In this document: piece after piece, positions 10,729 through 21,700 of the stretch
How positions within the stretch are numbered: the stretch's first letter is position 1
Layout of the letters: every line of letters begins with the position of its first letter
Source of the DNA: Pachysolen tannophilus NRRL Y-2460
Lineage: Eukaryota
Length of the DNA: 64,000 nucleotides
Assembly (NCBI GenBank): GCA_001661245.1
Contig: KV454011.1
Coordinates: 1,900,041-1,964,040, forward strand
Direction of reading: 5' to 3'
Made by a program: the position numbers and the translations under genes
The notes under the pieces: model-generated
What the model was told of the DNA's origin: nothing
What the model saw: the letters and a program-made list of their open reading frames with translations, nothing else
Database searches by the model: none

Positions 10729-13700
10729 ATGGATTTTAATCATGATGGTGGTGGTGTCAGAGTCGGTTATTATGATCCGTTTGATTTATATGGCAAATTT
10801 TCAGAGGAATTATCGAAGAAATTGCCTTTAACCAATTTACACTGGAAAGAATCTAAAGATAAACAGTTGAAATCTATTGATGTGTTGAGATTGACATTTG
10901 TTCAGGATATACCGAACTCTTCTTCGACGAGTAGTTCAATTGATTTTTCTGATGAGCAGAATGATCAATTTTATCATAATTTAATTTTACAATCTCAAAA
11001 TAATAACGTTCCTTATGTGCAGGTAATGCTCATAAAATGTCTTAATATGGATGATTACAAGTCTAAAGTAAGACCTTTGATTAGAGAATGGTTGAAACAA
11101 AAAATCACAGGTAACATTATACCCACTGGGTGGTTGTTGGTATTGGTTGCAGATGGATCTATTGACGAGGAACCAACTGTTTTCAACAAATCGACAAATG
11201 TTTATAACAAGATAAAATTGGATTTTGAAGAATCTCATTGTATAAAGTTAAAAGCTGAATATAAATCCACATTAGAATATAATGAGAATTGGAATTCGTT
11301 GATAACTTCTTTTAAATTGACATTGTTGGATTCATTTACCGAGCGGTTGAAATTATATAAGAAACAATTGCAAAGTTTGGATAAACGGAAAATTATAAAT
11401 CCTATTTTCAAAATTGTTCTTCAAGAAAGTACTGCAAAAATTTTCCAAGATATGACCTTGTATACTGAATCCTTAATTGAATATGACAAATTATTAAAGA
11501 AATTTAATAAATTGGTTCATGATAAAATCTTGGAGGTGCCAACTGGGTTAGAATCTCCTGATATGGATTGGGGAAGTTTTATTAATAACAAATTATTTCA
11601 TCTGAATTTGAATTTAGAAAAATTGTTATTTGACAAAAAATTAACTAAATTCCAATTTTATTGTTATAATTTCTTGAAGCAATCGAGTTTGTTAATATCA
11701 TTGTCAACAACAGCTTCCTCTCCAACTTTTAGAACATTGCATATAATAGAATTATTAAGAAGGTTAAGGATTTTCACTTCAAATTTACTCAATTTATGTG
11801 ATAATAATTTGGAATTAATAAGTCAAGTTTCAGAATTTAATTTTATAATCATTGATGAATATTTACAAAATGAAGCTGTTTTGAAAACAATCCAATATAA
11901 TTTGGGAAAGCCAGAGATTCAAAAACATGCAGAATTGTTGGAATTTATTGGAGAATTAAAGTTATGCCAAAGAGAACAATTGATTAAAATTGGAGAATAT
12001 TTCAATTATAAGATTGAAGGAGTTATTGCAGATGTGGATTTACATAATGATAATATTAGTAATAAACATGATGAATCATCACAGCAAAAGCTTTTCCAAG
12101 TGACCTACGCTCCCTTGGTAGAACCTTTAAGATCTCAATCAAATTTTGAGGATAAATTTGTTGAATTAACACAACAGGTAGTTGAAAATTTTAACATGGC
12201 AAATATAAGACCAAGATCTATAGATATATTGTCAACTGAAATTGCGATGGTTTTTTATAATAATGGACTTTACGAAAAAGCCAGTAATATATTGAGCAGT
12301 TGTTTCCAATTTTATAAATTACAAGGATGGGATTATATTAGTTGTCATTTATTAAAAATATACATTGAATGTTTAGAAAAAATTGTTAATGAAAACGATC
12401 ATCCCGATTCAAATTCAGAAAGGGATGAAGCTGGTGAAGTTGGAAAAACTCATACTTTACTTTGTTCTTATTTAGATTTATTATCAACAAAGTCTTGTAC
12501 TTCCAGGGAAATCTCATTATTGGCAAATAAAATTACAAAGTTGTCTTCTTCATTAAAAGAAAGTGATCTGGGATTAATTTATCCATTGGAAACCTTGTTT
12601 GATTTCAAAATCAATAAATTCATAGAAAGTGAAGATGTTAACATTTATAATTTGAAGGTAACATTAACCAGTCATTTCAAATTTAAAACCCCGGATTTGA
12701 AGGTGAACAGTATTTCTCTAGAGCTAATAAATATGCAGGATCCAGATGAATCAATAATTTTGAAGAATTCAGACATTCAAGCTCTTTCAGTAGGTCAAAA
12801 TAGTAACAAGTTTAAATTGACAACTACAGAAATTATTGAAGATGACTTCAAATTGAGTAAATTGGTTGTTTCTATTGGTAAATTGAACTTACATAAAGAT
12901 TTCAGCAAAGATAATGAAAGGGTTAAATTATTTCCTGTGATTTCAACGGCACCTTCAGAAAAGAATAAACATCCTAAAAATAATTTCTGGTGTGATTTAT
13001 CCATACCTTCAAAAAGATATCTAAATGATGACTCTATGTTATTAACTATCAATAATGGAGACTCAGCATTGAATGATTTGAATATTCAGTTTTGGTGTGG
13101 TAATACAAGTTCAAATTTAGAATTAGTAGAAACTAAAACGACATGTTTTTCCAAGACAGATAATGGTAAATCGATTGATATCGAAAGTTGTAAAGACGAT
13201 GATGGGAATATTGTTTTCAATATTAAAAACGGAATAGCTGAAAACGAAGTTTTAGAAGTTTATGTTCCGTATTTGATTAACCCAGTTCCTGGAAGTAATG
13301 ATGACGAAAATCAGTATGTCTTGAAAATCAAAGCAAAACTAAAATATAAGCAAAATGGACAATGTCATCAATACCATTTCAAAAAAGATATTGATACATC
13401 TTTATCAATTGCAGTTACCGTCCAGGATATTTTTAAATCATGTACCTTATTTTCAAATTTTTCGATTGGAACTTCAGATTCAAAATTACCAATTAAAATC
13501 ATTGATGTTGATTTTCACTCTTCAAGTTCAGACTCGAATTACAATATAAGTACTTGTTCGAATTCACTCCTTAAAAAAAGCGATAACATGATTGCTTATG
13601 GCGAACAACCAGCGAAATTTTTTTACAAAATTGAAAAGAAAGATGATAATTTCGACAAAGAAGATGAAACTTTTTTATTGACAATTAAATATAGGGATTT

Positions 13701-14955
13701 GAAAGATGAAGCATTATATATTATCAAGGATGAATTTAAAAAAATGATAGAAGATCATGAAAAGGATAATCATAGTTATAATTTCAGAAAATTTGCTTTG
13801 AAATCAGTTACTCTTTTTGAAAATTTATTAAGTATTCGGTTAAATCTCTATTCCATTGAACAATTAATCAGGATTGATAATAATTTAAACCAATTGGTGG
13901 ATTCAATATTAAGAAAATTCTTTGAATGGCATGATGGTGGTGCTAAAAATGGTGGCGACCAAGAAGATGAAAAATTTGTTCAAGAGTTTGCCCAAATTTT
14001 ATTAAATTTCTTTAAAAAATTTTCAATTAAAAATGGATATCAAGTTTCAATATTAGAGAAAGAAAAATATTTTGAATCTTTAAATAAGATTTTGAAGATA
14101 AATGTTCCTGTACCACTAGTTAGAATAATTCACAAATTAGAATTTAAAATTTTACAGACCAGGAGTCATTACATTGTTGGGGAGCCGATTCAATTGGAGC
14201 TATATATTAACTCTACAACTTCTTGGAGTGGTAAACCACCATTAGAACCCTTAATTTCAAAAGATGATGAATCATCGATTTCACCACCAATCGCAGAAAT
14301 TAAATCACCTAATCCAGGATTGAAACCAGGAGCATCTGCCATGTCAGGGTCAGTATCTCCAAGTGTTTCAAGTGTGCCTAGTTCTCCTGTTTTGCAACAG
14401 AAACAGCAAAATCGAACTGTGAGTGATGGTGATTCCAGTGATTTATATCATAATGATATGTCGACTTCTACAATAGACTTGAATCTGGTCAATGAGAAAA
14501 TTGACAAGAAAATTGATAATATTAAGAAAAAGAAAAAAGTTATGTTTGAATCAACATCTAAAAACAGAAAAAAAAATAAGCAAAGTTGTTTATCGTTTGA
14601 AATAGATTTACAAATTAGTGATAATTGGTTAATTAGCGGTAAGAAGAAATTTTTGTATAAAGTAACACCTTCTGCATTTTCATCAAACAAGCATAATTTT
14701 GAACTTGAAGAACCTGTGAATTTAATATTGATTCCATTGAAAATTGGTAAGATCCCTCTTCCAAAGATTGATATTAGATTATTAAATGAGGATGAAGATA
14801 GAGATGAAGATGAAGAAGCTGGTGATAAACCAGAAGGAGAAGAAGAGATTGAGCATGATTTGGGAGATGAATTTACCATGGAAATCGATTACAAGAATAA
14901 TTTTGAAACATTAACAATTGTTAGCGAACTAGATAAAATTAATTTTGAATTTTAA
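10729..14955 (+). CDS. TRS130: TRAPPII-specific subunit (TRAPPC10/Trs130)
   Basis: VGYYDPFDL...LPLTNLHW..LKSI..L, YKSKVRPLIREWL, C-terminal NWLISGKK..LIPLKIG.IPLP.I; 1408 aa. Confidence 0.85.
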   Translation: MDFNHDGGGVRVGYYDPFDLYGKFSEELSKKLPLTNLHWKESKDKQLKSIDVLRLTFVQDIPNSSSTSSSIDFSDEQNDQFYHNLILQSQNNNVPYVQVMLIKCLNMDDYKSKVRPLIREWLKQKITGNIIPTGWLLVLVADGSIDEEPTVFNKSTNVYNKIKLDFEESHCIKLKAEYKSTLEYNENWNSLITSFKLTLLDSFTERLKLYKKQLQSLDKRKIINPIFKIVLQESTAKIFQDMTLYTESLIEYDKLLKKFNKLVHDKILEVPTGLESPDMDWGSFINNKLFHLNLNLEKLLFDKKLTKFQFYCYNFLKQSSLLISLSTTASSPTFRTLHIIELLRRLRIFTSNLLNLCDNNLELISQVSEFNFIIIDEYLQNEAVLKTIQYNLGKPEIQKHAELLEFIGELKLCQREQLIKIGEYFNYKIEGVIADVDLHNDNISNKHDESSQQKLFQVTYAPLVEPLRSQSNFEDKFVELTQQVVENFNMANIRPRSIDILSTEIAMVFYNNGLYEKASNILSSCFQFYKLQGWDYISCHLLKIYIECLEKIVNENDHPDSNSERDEAGEVGKTHTLLCSYLDLLSTKSCTSREISLLANKITKLSSSLKESDLGLIYPLETLFDFKINKFIESEDVNIYNLKVTLTSHFKFKTPDLKVNSISLELINMQDPDESIILKNSDIQALSVGQNSNKFKLTTTEIIEDDFKLSKLVVSIGKLNLHKDFSKDNERVKLFPVISTAPSEKNKHPKNNFWCDLSIPSKRYLNDDSMLLTINNGDSALNDLNIQFWCGNTSSNLELVETKTTCFSKTDNGKSIDIESCKDDDGNIVFNIKNGIAENEVLEVYVPYLINPVPGSNDDENQYVLKIKAKLKYKQNGQCHQYHFKKDIDTSLSIAVTVQDIFKSCTLFSNFSIGTSDSKLPIKIIDVDFHSSSSDSNYNISTCSNSLLKKSDNMIAYGEQPAKFFYKIEKKDDNFDKEDETFLLTIKYRDLKDEALYIIKDEFKKMIEDHEKDNHSYNFRKFALKSVTLFENLLSIRLNLYSIEQLIRIDNNLNQLVDSILRKFFEWHDGGAKNGGDQEDEKFVQEFAQILLNFFKKFSIKNGYQVSILEKEKYFESLNKILKINVPVPLVRIIHKLEFKILQTRSHYIVGEPIQLELYINSTTSWSGKPPLEPLISKDDESSISPPIAEIKSPNPGLKPGASAMSGSVSPSVSSVPSSPVLQQKQQNRTVSDGDSSDLYHNDMSTSTIDLNLVNEKIDKKIDNIKKKKKVMFESTSKNRKKNKQSCLSFEIDLQISDNWLISGKKKFLYKVTPSAFSSNKHNFELEEPVNLILIPLKIGKIPLPKIDIRLLNEDEDRDEDEEAGDKPEGEEEIEHDLGDEFTMEIDYKNNFETLTIVSELDKINFEF

Positions 14956-15016
14956 CATAAAAATATTTATATAGAATAATAATAATTGCATTCTTTTTTT
15001 TTTTTTATTTCATTAA

Positions 15017-15832
15017 TTAGTTATTGAATTCCTTTATGGATTGGAACAACGATAAAGCATCCGGTTTCCTTGCCACTGCGCTTGGTACAATTCCATTTTT
15101 AATCAAATACTCTTCTGTTGTAGGTCCTATGGATGCAATTTTCAAATTTTCCCAAAAATTATTTCCAATATATTTAACAATATTTTCTGTCCCCTGAGGA
15201 GAATAAAAAACTATCCAATGATTAACATTTCCATTGTTTTGATCAACTTTATCCAATTCTTTATGAAATCTTTCTATAATATCATCCATTGGTTCTGTCT
15301 TGTATATAATTCTCTCTATTAAATCAAAATTTTCCATTCTTAATCTTTTAGGTATTATATCCTTTCTAATTTCACCAGTAAAAAAACAAATTTTTAAATT
15401 TTTATCCAAATCATCTTTAATAATAATATCTGAAAGAATTGATCCATTACCAGCATCAGAACCTCCCCTTATATCTATAAAACCTGCATTAGCCAAAAAT
15501 CTAGATGTTGTAGGCCCTACAGTGTATGCAGGTTTTTGGAAAATTAAATCTTTAATTATATGATTTGTTAAAGAACCCACACATTCAATAAGTACCTCAA
15601 CTGCTCTATGAGAAGTAACAATCAAAGAAGAAGTCATGTATAAAAACTCATCAGAAATTAAATAATTCACCAATTCTTCTTTATTTAAATGAGTATGTCT
15701 CAATAAGGGAATAAAATGTGGTTCATAATCTTGATCATTTCCAAATTGTTCCTCATACGGATCTACAGGAGTAGTAGGGTTTTTCAAAAGTAATACATGC
15801 GAAACACTATTACTAGGCATTCCATTACTCAT
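15017..15832 (-). CDS. HEM4: Uroporphyrinogen-III synthase
   Basis: VLLLKNPT.P.DPY, LIVTS.RAVE, YTVGPTT, GG.DAGNG..L, FTGE.R.DIIP, VFYSPQG, ASIGPTT..YL. First ATG at 15832. Confidence 0.93.
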   Translation of the reverse strand: MSNGMPSNSVSHVLLLKNPTTPVDPYEEQFGNDQDYEPHFIPLLRHTHLNKEELVNYLISDEFLYMTSSLIVTSHRAVEVLIECVGSLTNHIIKDLIFQKPAYTVGPTTSRFLANAGFIDIRGGSDAGNGSILSDIIIKDDLDKNLKICFFTGEIRKDIIPKRLRMENFDLIERIIYKTEPMDDIIERFHKELDKVDQNNGNVNHWIVFYSPQGTENIVKYIGNNFWENLKIASIGPTTEEYLIKNGIVPSAVARKPDALSLFQSIKEFNN

Positions 15833-15884
15833 CAGTGACAAAAACCAATCACCAATTATTATCAACCTACAATATTACCACCCA

Positions 15885-16350
15885 CAGTACTAAAATGATA
15901 AATTACCGGGTATTAATGATTTTAAATAATTATGTCCCCCCATCAATCATCTTTAATAATATTTAATACCGGTAGTGCTCTCCATGCTCAAAATGACCGA
16001 ATTAGTGCGAACTCTTATTTGGTCACACGACTTTTCTGTTTTTTTCTTCCTTTTCAATTTGTCTGCCTTTTTGATAACCTTTTTTTTTGGGTCGTCAAGT
16101 GACCCTTTTTTAGTATCTCATTTATTATCTACAAAGTAATTTAAATGACCCAAAAACTTTTTTGAAATCAGGACCGTAAAGAGAGAGAGAAAGAAGGAAA
16201 GAAAGAGCGTATTACTCCGGGAGGAAAAGAAGAAAAAAATATTTCTTAATTTTTTCTCTTCCTTCTTTTTTAGCATTTCTTGAAGCTTCGGCTCAGAAAG
16301 GACTCATCTCATTCTTGGCGGTGTGTGTAGCGGTCGTACTACTAACTAAC
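15885..16350 (+). ncRNA. Candidate structured non-coding RNA, class unresolved; boundaries approximate
   Basis: Consecutive stems at 15904-15916/15963-15974, 15994-16025 (GCGA GNRA loop), a long U-rich/purine-rich arm ~16027-16210, ~16221-16265, and AGC-TTCG-GCT at 16284-16293. G-U pairs favour the + strand. Confidence 0.5.
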
Positions 16351-16503
16351 AAGTAATAACTTAAATGATTGTAGAAACCATTTTTCCATATTTGTGAACC
16401 GGTAAAGCGGGAAAGAAAAGGAAATCAATTTGGCAGGATGTTAAATACTTTAATATTAACTGTAGATATAATTCAAAATCTCTTACTTTTTTCGATTACT
16501 ATA

Positions 16504-16552
16504 GCTATAAGCTATAAGCTATAAGCTATAAGCTATAAGCTATAAGCTATAA
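16504..16552. repeat. Perfect heptamer tandem repeat (GCTATAA)7
   Basis: Read directly from the sequence. Confidence 0.95.
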
Positions 16553-17044
16553 GTATGCTTATAATTAGACTAGACTCTTTATTCTTATTTGACCGTGTCA
16601 ATTTAACTTGTCTTTTCAGGTTTCTTTCGAAATAGCAAAGTGAAAAATGAAAAATGAAAAATGAAAAAAAAAATTTCACTGATAAAAAAAAAAATTTTTT
16701 TTTTTTTTTTTTTTTTATCTTTTTGATAAGTAATATGAATAGTTAAAAAAAAGTACCAACAAATCTTAAATAATTTGATATAATAATAAATAATTAAAAA
16801 GTTATAATTATTTATTTATAAATAAATTATTTTTAATAATTAGTTACTACTTTTTTTTTTTTTTGCTTTTTTGCATTTTTATTCAAGTTTTCAGTATTTT
16901 AAAAAGGTTCAAAAAAAATTCATAATTAGATTACATTTACAGTTAGTTGATTTGTCTTTGTATTTTTCAATTTTGAGAAGGAGAAATTGGATTCGTGTGA
17001 CTGAATATTTTTTTTTTTTTTAGTATATAAACTCATAGGAAAAT

Positions 17045-18238
17045 ATGTCGGATAAGAATATTGTTTCAAATATATCGAGTTTATCGCTAAATGATACTGT
17101 GACTCCATCTTTAAGTGCGAAGAAATCACTCCTATCGACATCGCTAGCTCATGATAAACAATTAAAATTAGACCAAGAGCTGCAGCTGCAGCTGTTGCAG
17201 CAGCAGCAACAACAGCAGCGATCTGTTCCAATATCTTTGAATCAAGGATCTGGGTGTTCTGGAGAACCTGAAGAGCCTTCTTTATTAGCATCTTCTGTGG
17301 GCAAAGACGTTGGCGGAAGATTGGTTCCTTCTTCATCTGCAATATCACTTTTCAGTTTGAATAACGAATCGGAAACAGATGATCAACAACAACAACAACA
17401 ACAACAGCAACAACAACAACAGATACATTTACAGCAGCAGCAGCAGCATTTATCAGCACATCAACAAGGTCCATCTGCTTTCCAAGAACGTAAAAATTCC
17501 CTAAGCAGCTTATCAAGTACAAGTACAACCACTGGAATGCATAACTCAATACATCTTCAAAGACATCAGCATTATTTTAGTAATACATTAACACCGTTGT
17601 CTTCAATGTCCACCACACCCACTTTCAAGAAAATAGGATTGCTGAATTCATCAAATAAGTTTAATAACACTGTTTCTACAACGGCAAGTGCTTCTCCAAG
17701 ACAAATACCAGCTATGAGTAATAGTAACACTTCGGGGAATTTTAATGCTGCAAGTATGGGGGTCTCAGTAACAGTGGGCGGAAGTAACGTCCCGCCAGAG
17801 CCAAATTTAGAACCAACAAGTCTTGGAGGTTCTCCATCAATGTTTTATCTCTCTTCAAGAACTCCTCCACCATCCTTGACAAATTCATCTTACTTGACAC
17901 TAAACAATATGAATGCTTATAAACAACAACAACAACAGCAGCAGCAGCAGCAGCAGTTACAACAACAACAGCAACAGCTACCACTGGGTGCTATCAGAAT
18001 ACAAAATAGCCAGCATTTGCATCATCAACAACAAAGAAGTCGGGACTTGAACTTGAACTTAAACATGTCAGATATTTCACCAAACTTGTTCCCAATCGGT
18101 ACCCCAAATGACGCCCCACCAATGACTCCGCTATTACTAAACAATAGCAATGGTGAAGACTTCAGATTCATCAATCCAGGTATTAGTTCAAAATCTCCAA
18201 ATATAGGTAAGGAAAATTATGAAAGGTTCACAGAATAA
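17045..18238 (+). CDS. Uncharacterised low-complexity Q/S/N-rich protein
   Basis: 397-codon ATG ORF with in-frame polyQ tracts and two complex islands (EPTSLGGSPSMFYLSSRTPPPS; SPNLFPIGTPNDAPPMTPLLL). Confidence 0.75.
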   Translation: MSDKNIVSNISSLSLNDTVTPSLSAKKSLLSTSLAHDKQLKLDQELQLQLLQQQQQQQRSVPISLNQGSGCSGEPEEPSLLASSVGKDVGGRLVPSSSAISLFSLNNESETDDQQQQQQQQQQQQQIHLQQQQQHLSAHQQGPSAFQERKNSLSSLSSTSTTTGMHNSIHLQRHQHYFSNTLTPLSSMSTTPTFKKIGLLNSSNKFNNTVSTTASASPRQIPAMSNSNTSGNFNAASMGVSVTVGGSNVPPEPNLEPTSLGGSPSMFYLSSRTPPPSLTNSSYLTLNNMNAYKQQQQQQQQQQQLQQQQQQLPLGAIRIQNSQHLHHQQQRSRDLNLNLNMSDISPNLFPIGTPNDAPPMTPLLLNNSNGEDFRFINPGISSKSPNIGKENYERFTE

Positions 18239-18495
18239 ACACAGCAAAAATTACAAATTTCTTACATGAAATTTTTCCACAAAAAAAAAAAAAAAAGAAA
18301 AAAGAAAGCATTATCAGATTGCATGCAACTACAAAGTAAAGCAAAAACAATCGTCTTCTATACATATATATCTATATATTACCATCTACATAAAAATATA
18401 TATATCTTGTAAACTGGAATACTCCTATAGCTCTTAGTAAACCTCAAAGTACATATACCATAACTATACTTCCTAATTTGGAAGTTTCTGTTTTT

Positions 18496-18530
<35 letters not shown>

Positions 18531-18768
18531 GTTCAGCAGAAACGAAGGAACGACGATAATAATAATACTCGTCGAGTCAATCAAATTAATGGAAAAGTAT
18601 TAGTTAAATTAGAGATACATTTAATAAAAGAATCAATCATTATAAATCTATCATTAGATTTATATGGATATACACTATTGCCACCATTAGATTTTAATAT
18701 TTGATTTGATTTCTATTGGCAAAAATATTTGAATTAAAATCGATATTTTATCAGAAGAAGAATTATTG

Positions 18769-21700
18769 ATGAGTAATAGTAGTGTAAACGGGATCAATAA
18801 CAATAGTATAGTAAGTATTTAAAGACCAGAAGTTGATAATAACGTTGGCAAAGAGACCTAGACGGTAGCATCAATAGTGGCAATAGTGGAGGAAGTAGTA
18901 GTAGTAGTATTGGTAGTAGCAGCAGCAGTATACTAACAGATGGTTTTTTTTTTTGTTTTTTTTATTTAGTATAAGATGGACAGGATCCGTTTGGAGTCAA
19001 TAGAGAGAAGACGGCAGAAATGTAGTGATACTATTAAGCAGAGGAAAAGAAAATTAGCAGAATTGTACTATGTCAGCAAATCACCATTGATACCTGTATC
19101 TGCCCAGGAAATATTGAAAAGTGAAGACAGATTGCTTGCGTTCTTGGAGAAAAATGATTTGGAGAATGGGCATGGTTTTCAAGCATCGAAATTACCTTCC
19201 AGCAGTGGTAGTAATAATATTGCAAGTTTACAACAACAACAACAACTTGGATCAAGATCAAGGTCACAATCACAATCGCCAGTATTGAAAAACACAATCA
19301 TTAATAACAATAACAATAGGCAGGGTGTTTCCTCCTCAGCTTCATCACAATCCAAATCATCATCGAAGAAATCAACACCTTCAGCAACACCGACACTGAT
19401 GGGAACACCAACACATGCAAGAATTTCAGCCACTCAAACACCACCACTGCTTTTGAAGAATAATGACCAACTACTGATTAGCCAGCAGCATCAATTGACC
19501 ATGTCTGCTCCTCCAGCAATGCAGAACAAACAAACACAAAAACCTGTTAATACCATTATTAATACTCCAATAGTCAGTGATATACTGGCTTCTTCTCCGA
19601 TTACCGTACCAGCAAAGAGAAGCGCAAATACAATAACATCAGATGAAGTGATATCACCTAGCAAGTTTTTAAAAGTTGATAACTCTGAAGGAAGCCCAAG
19701 TAGAATAGTGGTGCCTTCAGTAACTCCAGTTCTTCTGGAGCAGCAATTGCAACACCAACAACAAGCTCAAACTCAACAGCTACAACAACTTCAAAAAGAA
19801 AGCGGGAGACTGGACTTGATTCAATCTACACCGTTACCGACAATAGCCTCAGAAATTTCAAATAGTAACAATAGCGGTGAACGTTTACAAGAACAAAACA
19901 CCCTGGCCATTAGTGCAGTAAAAGAAGCTGCAAATAATATTTCCCATAATCAGAACATTAACAATAATACTAATATAAATAACAACGACGGTGACAGTAA
20001 AGTTACTGTTGCTGTTAATGGCAGCCAGAGTATGACTGCAAGCGACGAGCAAGAGAGAGAAAAATTGGACGAAGAACTCAAGCTGCAACAAGAACAAAAG
20101 TTAAGAGAAAAAGAATTGTATGCGGTCTCCCCCATTCCTCATGATTATGTAGAGACCCCAACTTTATCAAGTTTAATATTGGCATTTTCACAGTCAAAAC
20201 AAATCGATGATTTAGGAAATGATGTTATTCAGAAAAGCAGAGAGCTCAATTTATTTGACAATATCGATATCAGTAAATTGTCGGTTTTACTAATGCCTGA
20301 AAATTACCCTTCAAAAATTGCAGAATCCTCACCATTAGCCGAATTATATTATTTAACTCAAACATGTCCTCTTTCCAAATTACTACCAGGAACTAATAAA
20401 ACTTTAACAACAGATACCTATGAGTCTGCATTATTAGAAGGTAAAGTTGCAGTTGTTTATTCGAGAATTGAAGAATTGAAAAGACAAAAGAAGTGGAGTC
20501 TTAGACAGCCTGGGCGTTTTGTTGATCCTTTCACCGCTGAAAATGGGCCTAGTAGCTCTCACTGGAATAGTTTGCTCACAGAAATGAAATGGATGTCAGT
20601 TGATTTTGCAGAGGCTAGAAAATTCAAGTTGGTGCAATGTTTCTACATTGCTCAATCGGTTATGGATTATTGGAATTATGGTAAAATAGTATGTGCTCAT
20701 GGAAAACCTGTTGAATATTATTTGCGAACCACCAGAGAAAGTAGTGGTGGAAAGGTCAGACAGCAAAGTACAGATGGAAATCCAGCTTCTAAGTTTGGAG
20801 AGAAGATAACAACTACAGATTCAATAAATGAAGAGGAGAGTAATGAAAGGGACGTGCATATGGAAGATTCTATAGAGTCTACCGATAATAAAGATGTCAC
20901 AAAGGAGGAGCAGGATGAAGAATCAGCAAGTGAAAACCCAGTGGATTCTGTGTCACAACTGGAAGAAGAAAGCGAAGATCATCACACTCAGAGCTTTCCA
21001 AAAGAGGATTCTGAAGACTGGAATATTGATGTTTCATTATTGTTGGAGCGTCCGAATCCAGCAGACGAAATTGTTCCACCAAAACTTCCAGAAATTAGTG
21101 AACAGGACTTCCTGAAACTTGAAGATAAATCTTTTCAACCTTTCAAAATATACGTTGACTCTGAAGACTTGACCAACACAGATCTGGCTATCATTGAAAA
21201 TTTGCCAACTTATATCGCATTTGACGACTTCAAAGAGGAAAAACTGATTGATCCATATTTGAAGAATCCAATAACGGCTGTGTCTAGATTACTAACACCA
21301 ATAGATGAAGATGATGAAGAATGGTATAAAGTGGTAATGAGAAATGATGATAGTGTTACTTCACCCCTTGCCTCGACTTATCAAAAAGGTTTCTTTGGCC
21401 TTAATGGACAGAAAAGGCTAAACTTTATCAAGCCTCCGTTACCTCCATCTTTGAAGTATTTAGATCTTAGAACTCCAACTATTTGGTTACCAGAAGATGA
21501 TCGTTATCTTATTCATTATATTGCTGAATATCAGTTTAATTGGAATATAGTTTCTGCTCATTTGTCAGCGCATCCAACAAGGGGTTATTCATCAAATATA
21601 GAAAGAAGAACGCCATGGCAATGTTTTGAAAGGTATATTCAGTTAAATGACAAATTTCAGTTCTCAGATATGAGGGGAGGCTATTCGAGCTTGGCACAAC

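Noticed and set aside
16375..16402. snR30 m2 motif AAACCAT and SRP-like GTGAACCGG
   Set aside because: Partner elements (m1 ATATTCCTA and ACA box; SRP helix 8 and Alu motif) were not found.
16504..16552. (GCTATAA)7 as a CRISPR array or telomeric seed
   Set aside because: No spacers, eukaryotic context and no G-rich strand; a simple minisatellite like the others at ~7027, ~24484, ~35524 and ~54652.
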